The translations under genes were made by a program, and so were the position numbers. This document shows positions 38,130-53,100 of a stretch of 64,000 nt of DNA, in pieces. Each line of letters begins with the position of its first letter. Within the stretch, counting starts at the first letter, position 1. Source of the DNA: Isurus oxyrinchus (Eukaryota); NCBI GenBank assembly GCA_026770705.1, contig JANJGN010000035.1, forward strand, positions 7,626,001 through 7,690,000. The letters run 5' to 3'. The notes under the pieces are model-generated. The model was not told where the DNA came from. It ran no database searches and saw only the letters and a program-made list of their open reading frames with translations.

Positions 38130-40135
38130 CTGTCGCTCTGGCTAACAGTCCGTCCAGCTATCTCTTCCGTATTATAGACGTGGCCTGCTCTTCTAGCCAT
38201 TGTGTTTATATGGCTCGCCTACTTCAGTGTCTGAATAATCGTTGCCCAGAACGCATTGACAATTACAGATTCTACGATAGTAATGTCCAAGAATGTCAAG
38301 GGTCAATGGTTAAATTATCGCTGGTACATAATCATTGTCTGGCACTCGTGTGGCCTCAATGTAAATGTCCACTTGTCAGGTCAAATCTGATACGTTACAG
38401 GTTTTGCTCATTGGTACATGTACTGCTTTAGTATATGAGCTGTCACAGCTGCAGCAAAATATTGTGCAATCATCAGTGAGCGTCCCCACATCAGATCTTA
38501 TGTTGGAAGGAAGGTTCTTTATGAAGAATGGAAGTTGATGTGGCAGAGAAAAATAAACTAAGGAACTCCTGCAGTGAAGCCAACTAACTGAGAAAATTTG
38601 CCTCCAACAGCAACAACCCTTGTGTCAGTTATGACCCCGAATAGGGGATACCTTCTCATGATTTCAATTGACTCGAGTTTTGATCGGGCCTCATAATCCC
38701 ACAATATGTCAATTGCTTCCTTGGCAGTCATTCTCACCTCGCCTCTGCATTGGTATTATCGCATTCATCTTTGAACCAAGGATGAGATCACACCAGGAGG
38801 TTAGACCCCCTGGCTGAACCCTAACTCAGCGTCAGTGATTTTAGCTAAGTTGTTATTGTAAAACATTATGGATGTCCCGTATTTCATATTACCATTTACA
38901 GCACTGATGTGCAGATGGCAGTGTTGTAGCTGCTCTGGAACAGCTTGGCGAGTGTCAATGCAATTTCTTGTGCAAATGTTTTTATTGCCGGAATACTCTA
39001 ATGATCCACATCCTTTACAATATCCATTGTCTTCAGCAGTTTTTTGATATCACCTGGAGTGAATCGAAATAGCAGGAGACTGGCTGTGATGCTGGGGACT
39101 TCCGGAATGGGCGGAATGCATCATCCACTTGGCATTTCTGGCTGAAGACTGTTGCAAATGCTTCACCAATTTATTTCACACATATGTGCTGGGTTCCTAC
39201 TTCATTGAGGTTTGGGATATTTGTCTAGCCTCCTTATAGATTTATTTTTTTCAACAGTCTCCCAGCATTCACAAGTGGATATGACAGTGCTGCATTTCGT
39301 AGATCTGATCTGTCTGTAACGCCTTTGTTTGCCCTTCTTGGTTTCCTCAGCACTTGCTGCAGTTTCAGTCAAACAGAAATGACAGTTTTGACTCAGCCAG
39401 CTGGTTCTGTAGTCGTGCTACGGAGGCACTCTTAGTAAGGCGATTTGAAATCACTTGCTCAGAGTGTATTCCATTTTCTTGCCACCCTCAGTACTTCCTC
39501 CATTTTAATTTTGACATGGTATGTTATAGATTCAACAGCTTCATGAGGTCCACATCGGAGGAAAAGCCATGGGGATGTTAGTGTTACCTGGCTATCCGTT
39601 GGAGATTCCTTGACCATGTTTGACCTGCTGAAATCGGACTGCCTGGCGACCTGATTAGATGTTGGAACTCTTTTTGCGCCACCTCTGCTTCGCTTACACT
39701 CCTACTCGGACAAATTATGGGAAATTTTCTGCCAGATATTATTCGTAAGTATGACTATGTCAGGCCAGTGACCAGTTCTTCCAAAGTTGCCACAAGCCGT
39801 AAACAAACTTCACTGTGTAGTGGGGTGGGGGGGGGGGGGGGGTGGGTTACTTCATCATTGGTGTTTACGCTGCCGAGATTTGGTTGGTTCCGGTTTCATT
39901 CCTTATAGATGCAACTGTGTGGAGTCACATTTCACATGTAGGGCAGATGATGTAAGGAAGGACGACGAACTGCTGGTGTTTTCCCCGAAAATTCATTCAT
40001 GGTCATGATTTGATTAGTTTTCTTTCCAGATATTTATAAATGGTAAAATCACCAATTGCCGTGTTGAAATTCAAATAGAGGTTTCCTGTGCATTACCAGA
40101 GTTTTTAAATTAATCGTCCAGTGGCGATACTACGA
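38130..40135 (-). mobile_element. Decayed LINE (paralog of 29060-31130)
   Basis: Colinear similarity with 29060-31130, including the reversed head at 39900-40135. Confidence 0.85.
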
Positions 40136-41330
40136 AAAGTTTTGCACCTTGACACCTTCAAGGAAGAGTTTGTTTTGGGAAAAGATAACTAGCGAATGAA
40201 AATATAAAAATCGTTTTGTTGAAACAAATAAACTACTTTTGTGATAGCAGGGTGGTCTCCGTTAATCTTCACAAATAAACTACATGTAATAATTAGTATT
40301 ATAATCAAAATCAAGGGGAAAAATAGAAAGCTTTTGGAGCTCATTGGAACAAGAAGCTGTAGTGGAGAACTTTGCTGGTCCAAATCGCACAAGGAAATCT
40401 AAGGTTGACTGGCAGTATTTTGAAGATGCATGGCCGGGAAAATTTATCCTGCTGGAGAGCAGTGAGTAATTTTGGAATGATTCTTAAATTGCAGCATAAC
40501 GGTCAGAAGAATGGTAAGACACAGGGGCTGCGAGACCTGTCACCATTTTGCCTTGTAGTTAACATGAACAGAAACTTCATTTAGCTTGGCATTGGTGCTA
40601 AGTAATGCTTGATCTTTGTAGTTTTTGATTTGCTTTTTGCAGAAGTCATATTACGTGTAATTCGGCCTTTCAAAGTAATAATCAGCCGCTGTCAAATCCA
40701 ACTCTCTAAAATCGGCGGTTTATTCAAGCATCATACTATCCAAAAGAAACGCACGTGAATTAAAAGCCTATCAGTAGCCTGGCAGGTGAATATGAACAGC
40801 AAGAAGTGCATCCAATTCCTGGCAGGTAGATGTCTCTGTTGACTGTTTAGTGAGATATTGCCTCATGTTTGTGGAGTTCAGATTGTTTAAGGATAATATC
40901 CAGTATCATGGAAATTTACGGTTAATCATTTTCTTGACAACAGTGTTGAGAGTTAAAACTTAACAACTCACTCTCCATAGGAGTATAACAGTCCGATCTG
41001 AAACTCACAATTGTCAGAAAAAATAATGATGAAACCTCCGTTTTGAATTGCATTAGCACATGCCCAGGGCAACCAAGAAGGCAGACCGCACCAATTACAA
41101 CTTCTAATCTGTTCTATTGAATCATCGTAGGTGAATATTGGAACCATCACAAAGGGGGTTGTGTCTGTGGCAACTCAATTTTTGAAGCCGTCTTAAAATA
41201 GAAACTAAAGTTACGCTGGTATGTTACATGTTACATTGACCATTTAATGACAGTACACTGAAAGGTTCTAAAATCCATTCAACAATACATGTCTGACGAT
41301 TGCTAAGTGTATTTTTGGATATGACCTCAC

Positions 41331-41492
41331 GTCTGCCTTTACTGATTGTTCATTTTTATGTTTCTGGTTTGTTTTGGAGTTCTGCAGTTCAAGAGTTTTT
41401 CGTTCTCCCCGAGTCCTATTTTCAAAGAAGGTTTTAAGAATGATTCGGCAAGCCTCCTTCCTTTCGTCAGGATCAGCTATGTTTCTGACTTT
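41331..41492 (-). pseudogene. CARD-like second-half exon, copy B
   Basis: ctactgtcag, then KVRNIADPDERKEACRIILKTFFENRTRGERKTLELQNSK. Shares LELQNSK and flanking intron similarity with 32509-32695, with a small internal deletion. Confidence 0.7.
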
Positions 41493-42600
41493 CTGACAGT
41501 AGAAGATATTATTTTCGCAATTAGAAAAACAGTGCACAGTGTCAAACAAAATCATTTGTTGTCTTTTTCTCTCTCTGTCACTGCTTGTCTGCCCCACACT
41601 CAACTCTCTCTCTCTAGATATCTCTCTGATTAATTTAGGGTGGAAGTAACAGTAAACCCTCAATCAGAGAGGGAGAAGCCTTACTCAAGGAGTTATGTTA
41701 TAAGGAGCCGCTAAATGGAAGTAAGAGTCATGGAAAACCATTTTAGGCTTAGTCTTATAATTTAGGGGCCAGGCAGCTGAATAGCCAAACCTAGGAGACA
41801 TATTATGACATGACCTTATATGTCAACAGCCAGCAGCATTTGCTGTTAAGGCCAGTAGCGTTATGGAAAGCAAACGACTGTGATTCGGAAACTAAAATTG
41901 TACAGGCCAGAATTCATAAAATTGAGGGTGAAATCAAAGGTCGATTGCAGCACAAAACAAATAAATATAGAAGCCCTTGTTCCTGTTGCAACTCGCCCCA
42001 TCTTAATTGATAATGACCACAATAAACGTGCAATTATTATCATGTTTCTCCGTTATTCATCGAAATATTAAAAGCAACTTACCATGCAACCATCCATAAT
42101 TCTCAAAATACATTTTCCTTTCACAATCTGCTTTATTTCAACATGATTACGACACGCATCGCTTCATTCAAATTATTTAATCTTTCATTCATTCAGCCCT
42201 GTAATTTTGAATGATTTGCTTCAACGTAAAATGCCCTATGCAGTTGTGAATTTAAATAGAATTAGCCTACTGAAGCACGCTTAATATTTAGTACATATAA
42301 CATTTCCGATACATGTTCAGAACATTAAAATCTGTTGCAGATTTTTTTTCGCTTGTAATACATTCTTCCTGTCTGAACATTCTCTACTCTTTTCAAGATG
42401 TAAATGTTGATGCTATTGATCGTAACGCTCTCAATCAAGCAATTAGTTTCATTTTATTGTATGTTATTCTTCTCATTCAAATTAGTTATTTGTGACGCGT
42501 ATGTTTGCATTACCGGATATCTTTCCAGAATTCATGTAAATCCTAATGCAAGCACACTCTCCGCCATAACCTTACATCATACATAGCAATTATTTCTTAC

Positions 42601-42847
42601 CAAAANNNNNNNNNNNNNNNNNNNNNNNNNNNNNNNNNNNNNNNNNNNNNNNNNNNNNNNNNNNNNNNNNNNNNNNNNNNNNNNNNNNNNNNNNNNNNNN
42701 NNNNNNNNNNNNNNNNNNNNNNNNNNNNNNNNNNNNNNNNNNNNNNNNNNNNNNCCTCAAGCCAATCCTTCAGATAAAAACTTGCTGAATTATTCATTTT
42801 TTTGCAGGTTATTGTTGTCCTTATGGTCCCTGAGTATGAGTCAATTG
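42601..42847 (-). pseudogene. Probable CARD-like first-half exon, copy B, interrupted by gap
   Basis: tgaatgcag (phase 1), then IDSYSG...SASFYLKDWLE into Ns, similar to the xxFYRDRLE motif. Donor TTG|gtaaga immediately after the gap. Confidence 0.4.
42606..42754. other. Assembly gap (N run)
   Basis: Run of N. Confidence 1.
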
Positions 42848-43899
42848 CTGCATTCACAGAACAATATTTATGTCTGCTTGCAGGCATTTAGCAAAGACGA
42901 TACACTGCAGCATTATGTTGATTTGAATTTACACAATGCAAGCCATTTGCCAGAGGATCTTAAGGGTTATCCAACTGTGAACTCCAGAATGTTTGGAATG
43001 TTAAATTTTAGAACCGTATTTCCATTAGTTTTCAAAAGCAGTTGATGAAACTCTTTCCTTTTGGACTTGAGCATAGATTGGCATCTAATTGACAGAAATT
43101 TTACCTATTGCTTATCTATCCAGCTCTCATTCTCGTTTTGTGTTATTGCAATTCAAATAGCTTCAGAGAGCGACATGAGACGCAGTCCTGAATCTCAAAC
43201 TTTTAATTGGGATTTTAGCGAAATTAGTGCTAAATTTACGTAGTTAATAGTCATTTAATGAATGCTAACACACTAATAGACGACTGTAAAAGTATGTTAG
43301 TCCAGCAGGTAGGCAAAACAGCTAGGAGAGGACACTGAAATCATACAGCTGGATTAAAATGTATTGCGAATGCAGGAGGACTGAAGTCAAAATAGAAACT
43401 GCCAAAAAACTTACGGTCTGTCCACCACTATGAGGAGTGGAACAGAGTTATAAGTTGCAATGAGTTGGATCAGTAATGAGTAAGGAATGTCATTGTTTTG
43501 TGAGTGGTTGGAAAAATGCGTGTGTGGCAGCTGGAGAAAGAAAACATGTCAGGGAGTGGCTGCAGGGCTTGGGAGTTTCAATGACAAAGATGTAAAGGAA
43601 AATAGCGGGAAGAGCGTGACAATGGTTATTAAAAGACTCTAACAATTAGCCCAGATTACATGTTAATAGCAGAATGGACATCTGTGCTGCCCAAAATCAG
43701 AATGGTAGAATGCAATAAGAGCATGTGCTGCAGCATACGAGGTATCATTAAAAAGTCAGTTTGTTTAAAAACCAATCTTGGAATCCAGAGTGAAGGTCAA
43801 TACATGAGGAATGTATGCAGTATGTGTCGATGGTTTGCATCTGGGTTAGGATGTGTGAGCCGGGTCTGATTATTCGAGGGGGCACATTGGGATCAGGAT

Positions 43900-44330
43900 C
43901 GAGGGATTTGGATTTTCAGTCGGAAGTGAGGGAATTCGGAGGGTGGCCGGGGTGAGGGTTTACCTGGAGCATAGTCACGGTCTCAAGAACGCAGTTAGAT
44001 TGTCCGGATGGACGCCAGGGGTCTGTAATATAGTTGGAGTTCGAAGTAATGTTCTTCCTTCTAAGAAATAGGAATTCTCGATGTCTCCGACCTTTGAATG
44101 ATCCCAGGTGAAGGGAAAATGTCGATCGGATTTTAAATTCCCCAGGCAATTCCCGTGCAGTTCTTGTTTCTGGTATTCCAGCAGATTGACGCGGGATATT
44201 GGGGGATGGTGAGAGGTGGCGGGAGGCAGGGTTCCAACTGTGTCTCCTCTGGGGGATACCAGTGTGGTACAGAAGCGGTGTCCAGTCACCCAGAGAAGTC
44301 TTGTGTCACTTACGTTAAATGATCCGCAAT
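43900..44330 (-). mobile_element. Possible LTR-retroelement pol fragment
   Basis: GC-richer block. Minus translations WDHSKVGDIE...QLYYRPLASIRTI...MLQ loosely resemble the start of a Gypsy/retroviral RT. Confidence 0.25.
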
Positions 44331-45139
44331 TCTGACAAATGTTGTTACACCCTATTTGAATAAGGGTGTCCGAGTTGCTGCTGCCGACCAGCCGGACAAA
44401 TATCTATGGATGTTTAGAAAATTATGGCAAGCTCTATCAATCTTATGGCATCCATATTCTTATTTGAATGGGATTGAAGCTGCCATTATCGGGCGAGGTA
44501 AGCAGTCCAGGCTTCGGCCTGAGTTCAAGAAATTTAGGCGATTTTGAACATCACCAGCTTTCTCATTGTTCTCAAGCATTGTTAGAAAATATTCATTCAG
44601 CACCAAAGCACTTGCCATCGGCTCTGAGTGTTACACACCTATATTATCACTAATCAATCAGACGCAGACCAATACTACCATTTTACGACATGCATGCTGA
44701 TTGATGATGATTGGTTCACTTTTTTGCTAACTGCCATTCCTATGTTCCTCTTTGTATTTTGTTTCAACTTATTACATTTGATCTGGGCCTCGCTTGGTGA
44801 ATCCTTCTTACAGCATAAAACGTTCTCTTCCTTTGTATCCTCATATTCTCTGTCCCAAACATCATTCAAGAATCCCTGAAAATATTAGAGGTACTTTGTC
44901 CACTTGGCCCAGGTGGGCTTTCCCCACTATTTGGGCTCGAAAATTCACCTACATAGATGGAACAAGAACAACCTTGAAAATGGTGCTGCTGTCCCTCCTC
45001 AGAATTATTTAGCTTCTGAATAAATGCTCCACTGTGTTTGAAATATTGTGTTTCTATTTCTCTTATTACTTGGAGGCGTGCTCAATTAATGCATTAGCGT
45101 GATGATTCTCAATTAACTTCGAAACTCTAAGTATACCGG

Positions 45140-47900
45140 AAAGCAGAGGTGCATTTTTAATATCACTGGATTTTATTTCCAGTCACCGATGCCAATTGGC
45201 TGGGGATTAGGTTTTAAAATAAGACAAGGGCAGCTTGTAAAATATAAATTCCAATACATCTGCAATAAAATGATCTCAGTAACCCTGACCCTCGATCCAT
45301 TTTAATTAGAGCTCATCTTCTTCATTAATGCATTTTAAGGAAGGTTACAAGCCGTCCTCACGTGATCCAGTGGACATATGACTTCAGGCACAGAGAAAAG
45401 TTGTTGATTCTTAACTGCTCTTTCAAACACGGTAGCAAACCAAACAGTTTCATCAAACTGCTGCCGAAACACAAACGCACTGAAAAGGGGTGGATCACGT
45501 GACTTCGCCCCAGGGTCCGGAAGCGGCGATAGCAAGACCAACGACCTATAACTAATTCGCCCCCATTAGTAACATCTGGGGGCTTGTGCCAAAGTTGTAG
45601 GAGTGATCACTGCACAGTTATTCTGTAGAAGAAAGTCTGCCCTTAAATTGGAGGATAACGTTCATGTGTGGTGCGGCAGTGCAATGAGGGATGGATTTAG
45701 AAAAATATTATGCAGCTTCTAATAGAGATCGATGAGATGCACTGAACCATCAGCTGCAGGAGAATTGCAGTCAACTGCCTCCACATGTCCTGACAGATCC
45801 CCAAATCTACCATTACCACCGGAGTTCTGGATCAGCGCAGTCTCACCAAATTTGGAAGGACGTCTTTTCTGGTGTAGCACCAGACATGCTTATTTTTGCG
45901 GTATAATACTGATGAAGCAACAACTCGGAACATCAGCGCGCCGAGTATTGGAGGCAGCATTAGATAGACAGAGCTAAATGATCACACAAGCAACGGATCA
46001 GATCTAAATTGTCTAGTTCATCCAGATAGAGTAGTGCCTGGTGGTGAACAATTGAACCAGTAACAGGAGGAAGATTCTCCATTATTATTCTCAACGGCAA
46101 TGATGGGGGGTGGGGGGGCGTGCGGGGGTGGTGGGTGGTGGGTGGGGGCAAACACATCTGTGCAAATAACAGAGTTGAAGCATTTGAAAGCAAATAATCA
46201 GAGGGTTGAGCTGATGATCCATCGTGGCAGCATCCTTTGTTAGGCAACATGACAGCCGTTAGACATCAGCCAATTCGATTCACTCAAGTATAACAAATAA
46301 GTGGTTGGAATTGTTGCATACTGCCTAAGGCTAAGGGGCTTAAGAAAATTTGGCTGAAAACATGCGCTCATGGATTAGCCATGGCAAAAGGCAAATTTTC
46401 CAAGTGCAGCAAAAGAAAAACTGACATCTACCGAGCAACATTTCAAACTTTGAAGGTAGATCCTGTTAACAAAAAAAAACAGGTTAAATCAAAAGCGGTC
46501 AAATACCGTTACATTTGCCTGCTCTTGTTCATCAGCAAGGTGATGAGAGGTATTGTGCAACACGCTATGAAACAGTACTTAATCAGCAAAAACCTGCTGA
46601 TTGATAATCATGTTACGACCTTCAGACCACTCAGCTGCCCACCGCATTACACATCAGGCCCAAACATGAATATAACAGCTCAAAGAAAAAGATGTTGGAG
46701 AGTCACGAAAATTGACATCGAGGGCACTTTTGACTGTAAGTGACATCAAAGAGCCCTGGAAGAAACCAAAGTCAATTTGAATCAGAGGCAAATGCTTTAT
46801 TTATTTTTTTTTGGTGATAAATCATGCACAATGCAAGGTGATTATTATTTCTGAATATCAAAAATTTCGGACAAGTAACATGGTTAGAGGATTTCTTCAG
46901 AATAGTATCTGAAGACCTAACGCCCTAAAATGTTTAATCAATGATCTTCCCTCTATCATAAGCTTACTTGGCGGTGCAGAGTGTTGGGGAGAAGGGCAGC
47001 GAGGGTGGAGTCGTTTCAGAAGATGATTGTGCGAATATTAAGAACCATTCCCAAGTCCTCAGACGCAGAGGCAGTACATGACAACAAGGAGTAAAGCTGA
47101 ATATTATTTTTAGGTTTGTCCTGAGTCCCAAGAAAATTTTATGCCACGCAATTGCAAGGCAAGGATCTTTTCCAACTTTTCAGAATCTATCCAATTTATC
47201 TTGAAGCTGAGTGGCATTATCATTGCTGAATCCCTCTCTCTCAGCTTCCAAGGGGTCACCATTGGTCAGTATTTCACCTGCATAATGCCATGATTACTGC
47301 GTCTATAACAGCAGGAAAGAATCTATTAGCTTTGCAGCGAATAAGTCAACTATTGACACCTCAAAAGCCAGCCACCAACTACAAGACTGACGTCGAAATT
47401 GTGATGGAACACTCTCCAGGTGTCTGAATTAGTGCATTTCGATCAACACTCAAGAAGCACGACAACATCAAGGACAATGCAGCCGGCTTGATTAGCAGCC
47501 TAAACACCACATCGAACTTCAGGCTCTCCAAAGCCGGTGCATATTTGCAGCCCTGCCTCAACCCAACAGGACTCCTTCGACATCACGTTTGAAAACCCAA
47601 ACTTTTGCAAGCCAGAAGGAAAAGTTAGAAGATCCATGAGAACACCGCCAGATGTGTTTCCTTTTCTATTTGCTTTCCCCGCCAAGCCAGACACATTTCT
47701 CACTTAGAGCTATGTTTGTGCTCCTTCATTATCTTTGTGAAAACATATGGTTCGCCTTTCCTATGCGTGTTCCGATGTCACACAGTCTGCAGCAGTTCAG
47801 CACGTTGCTAAGCACCATTGTCTCAAAGTGAATGACAGATGGACACTAATATGTGGTCTGGCGGCAATGCTCAGATCCCATTATGGAGTCAATAATTAGC
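45140..47900 (+). mobile_element. Decayed CR1/L2-group LINE, near full length
   Basis: AACATCTGGGGGCTTGTGCCAAAGTTG at the endonuclease start; YRYICLLLFISKVMRGIV at the RT start; TTAATCAATGATCTTCCC; 3' end GCTCAGATCCCATTATGG. Confidence 0.8.
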
Positions 47901-50119
47901 GAAAAGGAAATGCCTTTTTCTTCCACGTTTCTTCATCGCTCTTAAGGCGCCTTCCTCTCCCTTTTATATCCTTAATAGTTTTCTTAATTTGTACTGTCTT
48001 ACTTTTCTCTCTCATGCGCATGAATTCCATGCTGAGTGTTTCATTTATGGTGCCGTTACAGCATTTAGCTACTCCGTTTACCCGTTCAGTTCAATCTTTT
48101 GTCGTAACAATGTTATTTTTATTCTTAATCAACACGTAAAGTGCCTGGGGGCAAAACTATATTTTCATGTTTGGGATGTGAGCTTCTTGCTGACCATTAC
48201 TCCATTTCGTTTGACCTGACAGTCTGTCCCATCCCATGTGCTGATAGATCAAACATTGCCCTTGCAGCCTGCCTGTTATGGTTCCAGAAGTTTCTTCTAG
48301 CTTTGAGTTTCACTTGCACAATGCAGTGCCTTATCAACTTGACAATATTTCCCAAAATCTTGAAAAGATGTCATCACTTCGTACTATTCCCTATTTTTGA
48401 AATATAATTCCGACTTATCCTGCACAATGTACATTACTAATAGCTTAAACAATATTCTGAATTGTGTTTGCCCACCTTAATTCAGGAGCATAAGTGCCTA
48501 AACAAAACATTCAGCTCCTCTAACATAGTCTAATGCTGAAATAACTCCTCGCAGATAAGCTGCTTAAATCCAAACAACCACAGCAGTGATACCACACTTC
48601 TACCAAAAAAGGATTTAAGCACTGGAAAGAAATCTGGTGAGAATGCTTGGCTGCGTCCATAACCTACCGTCCATTACAATGAATGCCAAACTTATATGGA
48701 GGCCCTAGGCGTTAACGTGCTGGTCAGAGGAACCGTTGTGCAGACAGCATGAAGTTTTACCAAGTTAATCTGATATCAGATTACATGCCTTGTGGACTCT
48801 AGAACATGACTGCTTAAGCTGTTTTAACTAAATAAATATGGTGCGCCCCCTTCGAAAGCAACCAAGTGAAATAGGCAGATGGAAAGCAAAGGTTTGGGAA
48901 ATCCACAGCCAGCAACCCGCCCAAAACTCAATCGTTTGCAGAATTCATACATATTTGTACCAGGGATTTCCAGAATCAAATGGGCCTTAACAATTATGCC
49001 ACATGTTAAGAATCCTATCAACTAACCCATATCATGAAGATGGTAATTTCCCCTCGAAATATGAACAATAAACTGTTCTTGTGTCTGGGGTCTGGAGCTG
49101 AATGGATTCAGGAAGGGGATGAATCAGATTTTGCCGTGCTTCAGTAAACATCCCCACCAACCCTCATCCAGATGCTCTTCAATTACACTAGTCATTATCA
49201 TTTATATTAATATGACCGTTATCATCACCATCATTGTCGTTATTTTATGTGCTGATCTTCACAACCAAATATAATTGACATCACAACATTGACTTGGTCA
49301 GGTTAATGGAAAACAGATCACTTTTTTGATTTGATGATTATTCAGGTCTTCGCTATTTGTCCCCATGTGCATAACCTCAGGCTCTCTGGCTCTGAAATCC
49401 ACATTTTCCCCATCCTTTTAATCGATCAATTTGATCTGCCATGTCCCCTTGTAAATGGCTTAATATGGAATCAATCTTTAAGAAAGCTTACGTACTTCAC
49501 TCTCTATTGTCTCCCTGCGTTATTAAAAGACAGTTTCTGGCATACCGCAGGAGCCGACAGAAAACCAAGAGCCACGTATTTCTTTGAAACATTGTGAGTA
49601 CACCAAAACAGATTGCTCCTTCGAAAGAAACTTAACATCCAACCGAAAGTGTTGTTGCCAGAACAAAAGCATAGTTGTGCACTAAGCAGAACATCATGGA
49701 GTTTAAGCAAACTTTGTTCATTTGCACAAAACACCTGCTCATGACTTTTAGGATTTCACATGTTTTGCTAACTAGTCGCTTATTAAGCTTTGAAACCTTC
49801 AAAGATGCATGCGCATTATATAGATTGTCTCTATGTCTTTCCTTTATAAAACATGTTCCCAAACAATGTCAGTTGGGCACACCGTTTTCTATCATCCTCC
49901 AATCTGAAAGAAAATTTACCTTGTTTTCTGGCATTACCTCCTCTGTCTTAAATAAATTTGTTAAAGGTCTCCCTACACATTGAGACTTAATTGAGTTAAT
50001 CAAATCTTCACGTGGTGTTTTGTGTAATTAGTTATGCAAATCTACATAGTGCACCAAATTAATTGTCGACTGAATCTTGCCAGTTCTGTGGTCAGCAAGG
50101 TCAGTTTGAAAAGCCGAAC

Positions 50120-53100
50120 AAGAGGATAAATAATACCTTCACCCGCCGACAGCGGGTTCTGCGCCCAGATGTCAAAGGCATTGTGACTTCCGGGTCAGCT
50201 GTCAGTGCAGGCTCCGTAATACAGTAATTGCAGTGAATTAGCGTCAGCGCGGATACTGTTCTGTCTTCCCGCCAAATAAGTGTTGGGGCCCTATCTCTGA
50301 GGCTGGGGCAATGGCATGGATCACGATAAAGGCCAACATTTTAAGTGTTCCCCTTTTAATGGACAGTGGCAGGTGATTCATCAGATGAGCAGTCCAGTGT
50401 ATTTCCCGTTTAACCACGCAAGATTGTTTAAACTTTAACTAATCACTGCCGTCTATGTCAAATGTGAAAGGTGACAAAAGTTCCAAAGTTCAGCAAGTTT
50501 CCAATTTTTGGCACTGGGGAGATGTGCATTTATTTTACGTAACCATACACATTTTTATGCCACCAATGCGAGCTAGGAGGTGTTCAAAAAGGGACTAATG
50601 TGAAAACAGATTCAGTAAGGCCGTGCTTAGTGAAATCCTGCATGCAGTACCTGAGAGCGGTCGACAGCTCATGCTGACCACTAACAAGATGAGGGAGCGC
50701 AGGCATAATCGTGCTGCGTGGAGGCAGATGACTAACAAGTTAAAATTGGTTCTCATACTGGACAATTTCTCCTTTAACTCCTCTCACTTCCGCCAAATAA
50801 AAGGCGCGGCTATGGGTACCCGCATGCGCCCCAGCTATGCCTGTCAAATTATGGGATGGGTGGAACATTCCCTGTTCCAATACTACTCCGGCCCACTCCC
50901 AGAGCTCATTCTCCGGTATATCGATGATTAATTTGGTGCTGCTTCATGCTTTCGTTGGGCTTGGAAACATTTTTTAATTTTGCTTCCAATCTCCACCCCT
51001 CTATCATTTTCACATGGTCCATCACTGACACTCCCTTTCCTTCCTTGACCTCACTGTGCCAATTTCTGGTGATAGACTGTCCACCAATATCCATTAGAAG
51101 CCTACCGACTCTCAGAGCTACCTTCACTACAGCTCCTCACACTGCACTTCCTGTAAGGACTCCATTTCCATTTTTTCAAGTACATCGCCTCCATCGCATC
51201 TGTTCTGATGATGCTACCTTCAAAAAGAGTTCCTCTGACATGTACTCCTTCTTCGTTAACCAAGGATTTGCACCCACAGTCGTTGACAGGTCACTCAACT
51301 GAGTCCTGCCACTCTCCCCTGCTTCCACCCTCACGCCTTCTCCTCCCTCCCAGAAACATGATAAGGTCCCCATTATCCTCAATTATCCGCCCTAAATCCT
51401 CTGCATTCAAAGGATCATCCTCCTCAATTTCTGCCAACTCCAGCATGGTGCCACCACCAAGCACATCTTCCTTTCACCCCCATTGGAAGCATTCCATAGG
51501 GATCATTCCATCCAGGACACAGTGGTCCACTCCTCCATCACCCGGTACTCCTCAACGCCAACCTGTGGCACCTCCCCATGCCGACGCAAAAGATGCAACA
51601 CCTGACCCTTCACTTAATCTCTCCTCACCATGCAAGTGCCCAAACACTCAATTCAAGTGAAGCAGCATTTCAATTGCATTTCCCACAAATGATTCTACAG
51701 CATTTGTTGCTCCCAATGCGGTCTCCTCTACATTGTAAGACCAAACCTAAACTGCGCGATCGCTTTGCAGAACACCCGTGCTCTGTCCACAAGAAAGACC
51801 CAAACCTCCCAGTTGCTTGACATTTTTAGACTGCACGCTGCTCCCTTGGCCACATTTCTATCCTTGGCTTGCTGCATTGGTCCAGTGAAGCCCAACGGTA
51901 ACTGAAGGAACAGCACCTCATCTTCCGACTAGGTACGTTACAGCCCTCCAGACTGAATATTGAATTCAAGAACTATAGATCTTAATCTCCCTCCTCCATC
52001 CCCACCCGCTTTTCGTTTCTGCCCCCTTCCTTTTGTTTTTCCCCATCATTTATAAAGACATTTCTCTCCCAATCATTTCCATTATTTTTAAATCTTGTAT
52101 TCCCTGCCATTCTTTCCACCCCACCCCAACTTGAGCTGTACCTCGAACGGTCAGCCATCCTCTCTTAATTAGCACATTTGTTTAGGTAATTTCACGAGCT
52201 TCAAAACCTCTTTGTTCCTTTGTCTGAAACATCTTTTGATTATCGGTTTCTATCACTGCTTGTTTGTCCCTACAACCACACCACCCCCTCCCACTCCTCT
52301 CCACCCACCACCCCCAACTAAAACCGGCTTACATTTCACCACTGTCCTAATATTCACTCAGTTCTGTTGAAGGATCATGAGGACTTGAAACGTCAACTTA
52401 TTTCTTCTCTGCCGATTGTGCCAGACCTGCTGAGTTTTTCCAGGTAATTCTGTTTTTGTTTTGGATTTCCAGCATCCGCAGTTTTTTTGTTTTTATCTAA
52501 GGTAAAAGGGGTTATTGTGGCGAAGAATAAATTGCCCCAGTGCCTCATTAAGGCCTTATGCAGGCATTCGCAGATAGCTAGACCGCTGCCTCTATACCCC
52601 TGAGGAGAAGTCAGTTTGTTGGTGCCTCAGCTGGCAGTTTCAGGATTGATCAAGATTCTTGGGACTTGGGGCTGTTCTGTCCCCATGCTGAGAAAACACA
52701 GCATCTTGTGCCGCCCAAACCACACACCTACCAACCCCCGATCCTTCTTTCAACTCACCCTTGCTTCCAGTTATTCCCAATCCTTGTTTCCTCCTCATTC
52801 AAGGCTCTGTCTCAAATGACACATAACTCTCCATCTGTCTCAGACATTTTTCACCGCTCAGACCTGGGTAATGGATGGGAACTTAAGCCAACAAAGGAGC
52901 CCTATGAATCAGAGGAGAGTTCTCCTCAAGAAAAATATCCAAACGGATCGTCTGTCCACTCAGATGAGCAGTGCCTTCATTCAATAGTTTTTAAATGCAA
53001 AGTGAGACCCTCGTCTCAGCTGCTGTTTTTATGCTGTGCAAACAAGACTGCCCTTAGAATGGGGGTTCCCCAGATATCCTCAATATCGCCGGATGGCGTA

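Noticed and set aside
40972-40997. 26-nt micro-exon on the minus strand (tttcag...ga|gtgagt)
   Set aside because: The splice signals are plausible, but it is too short to support without transcript data.
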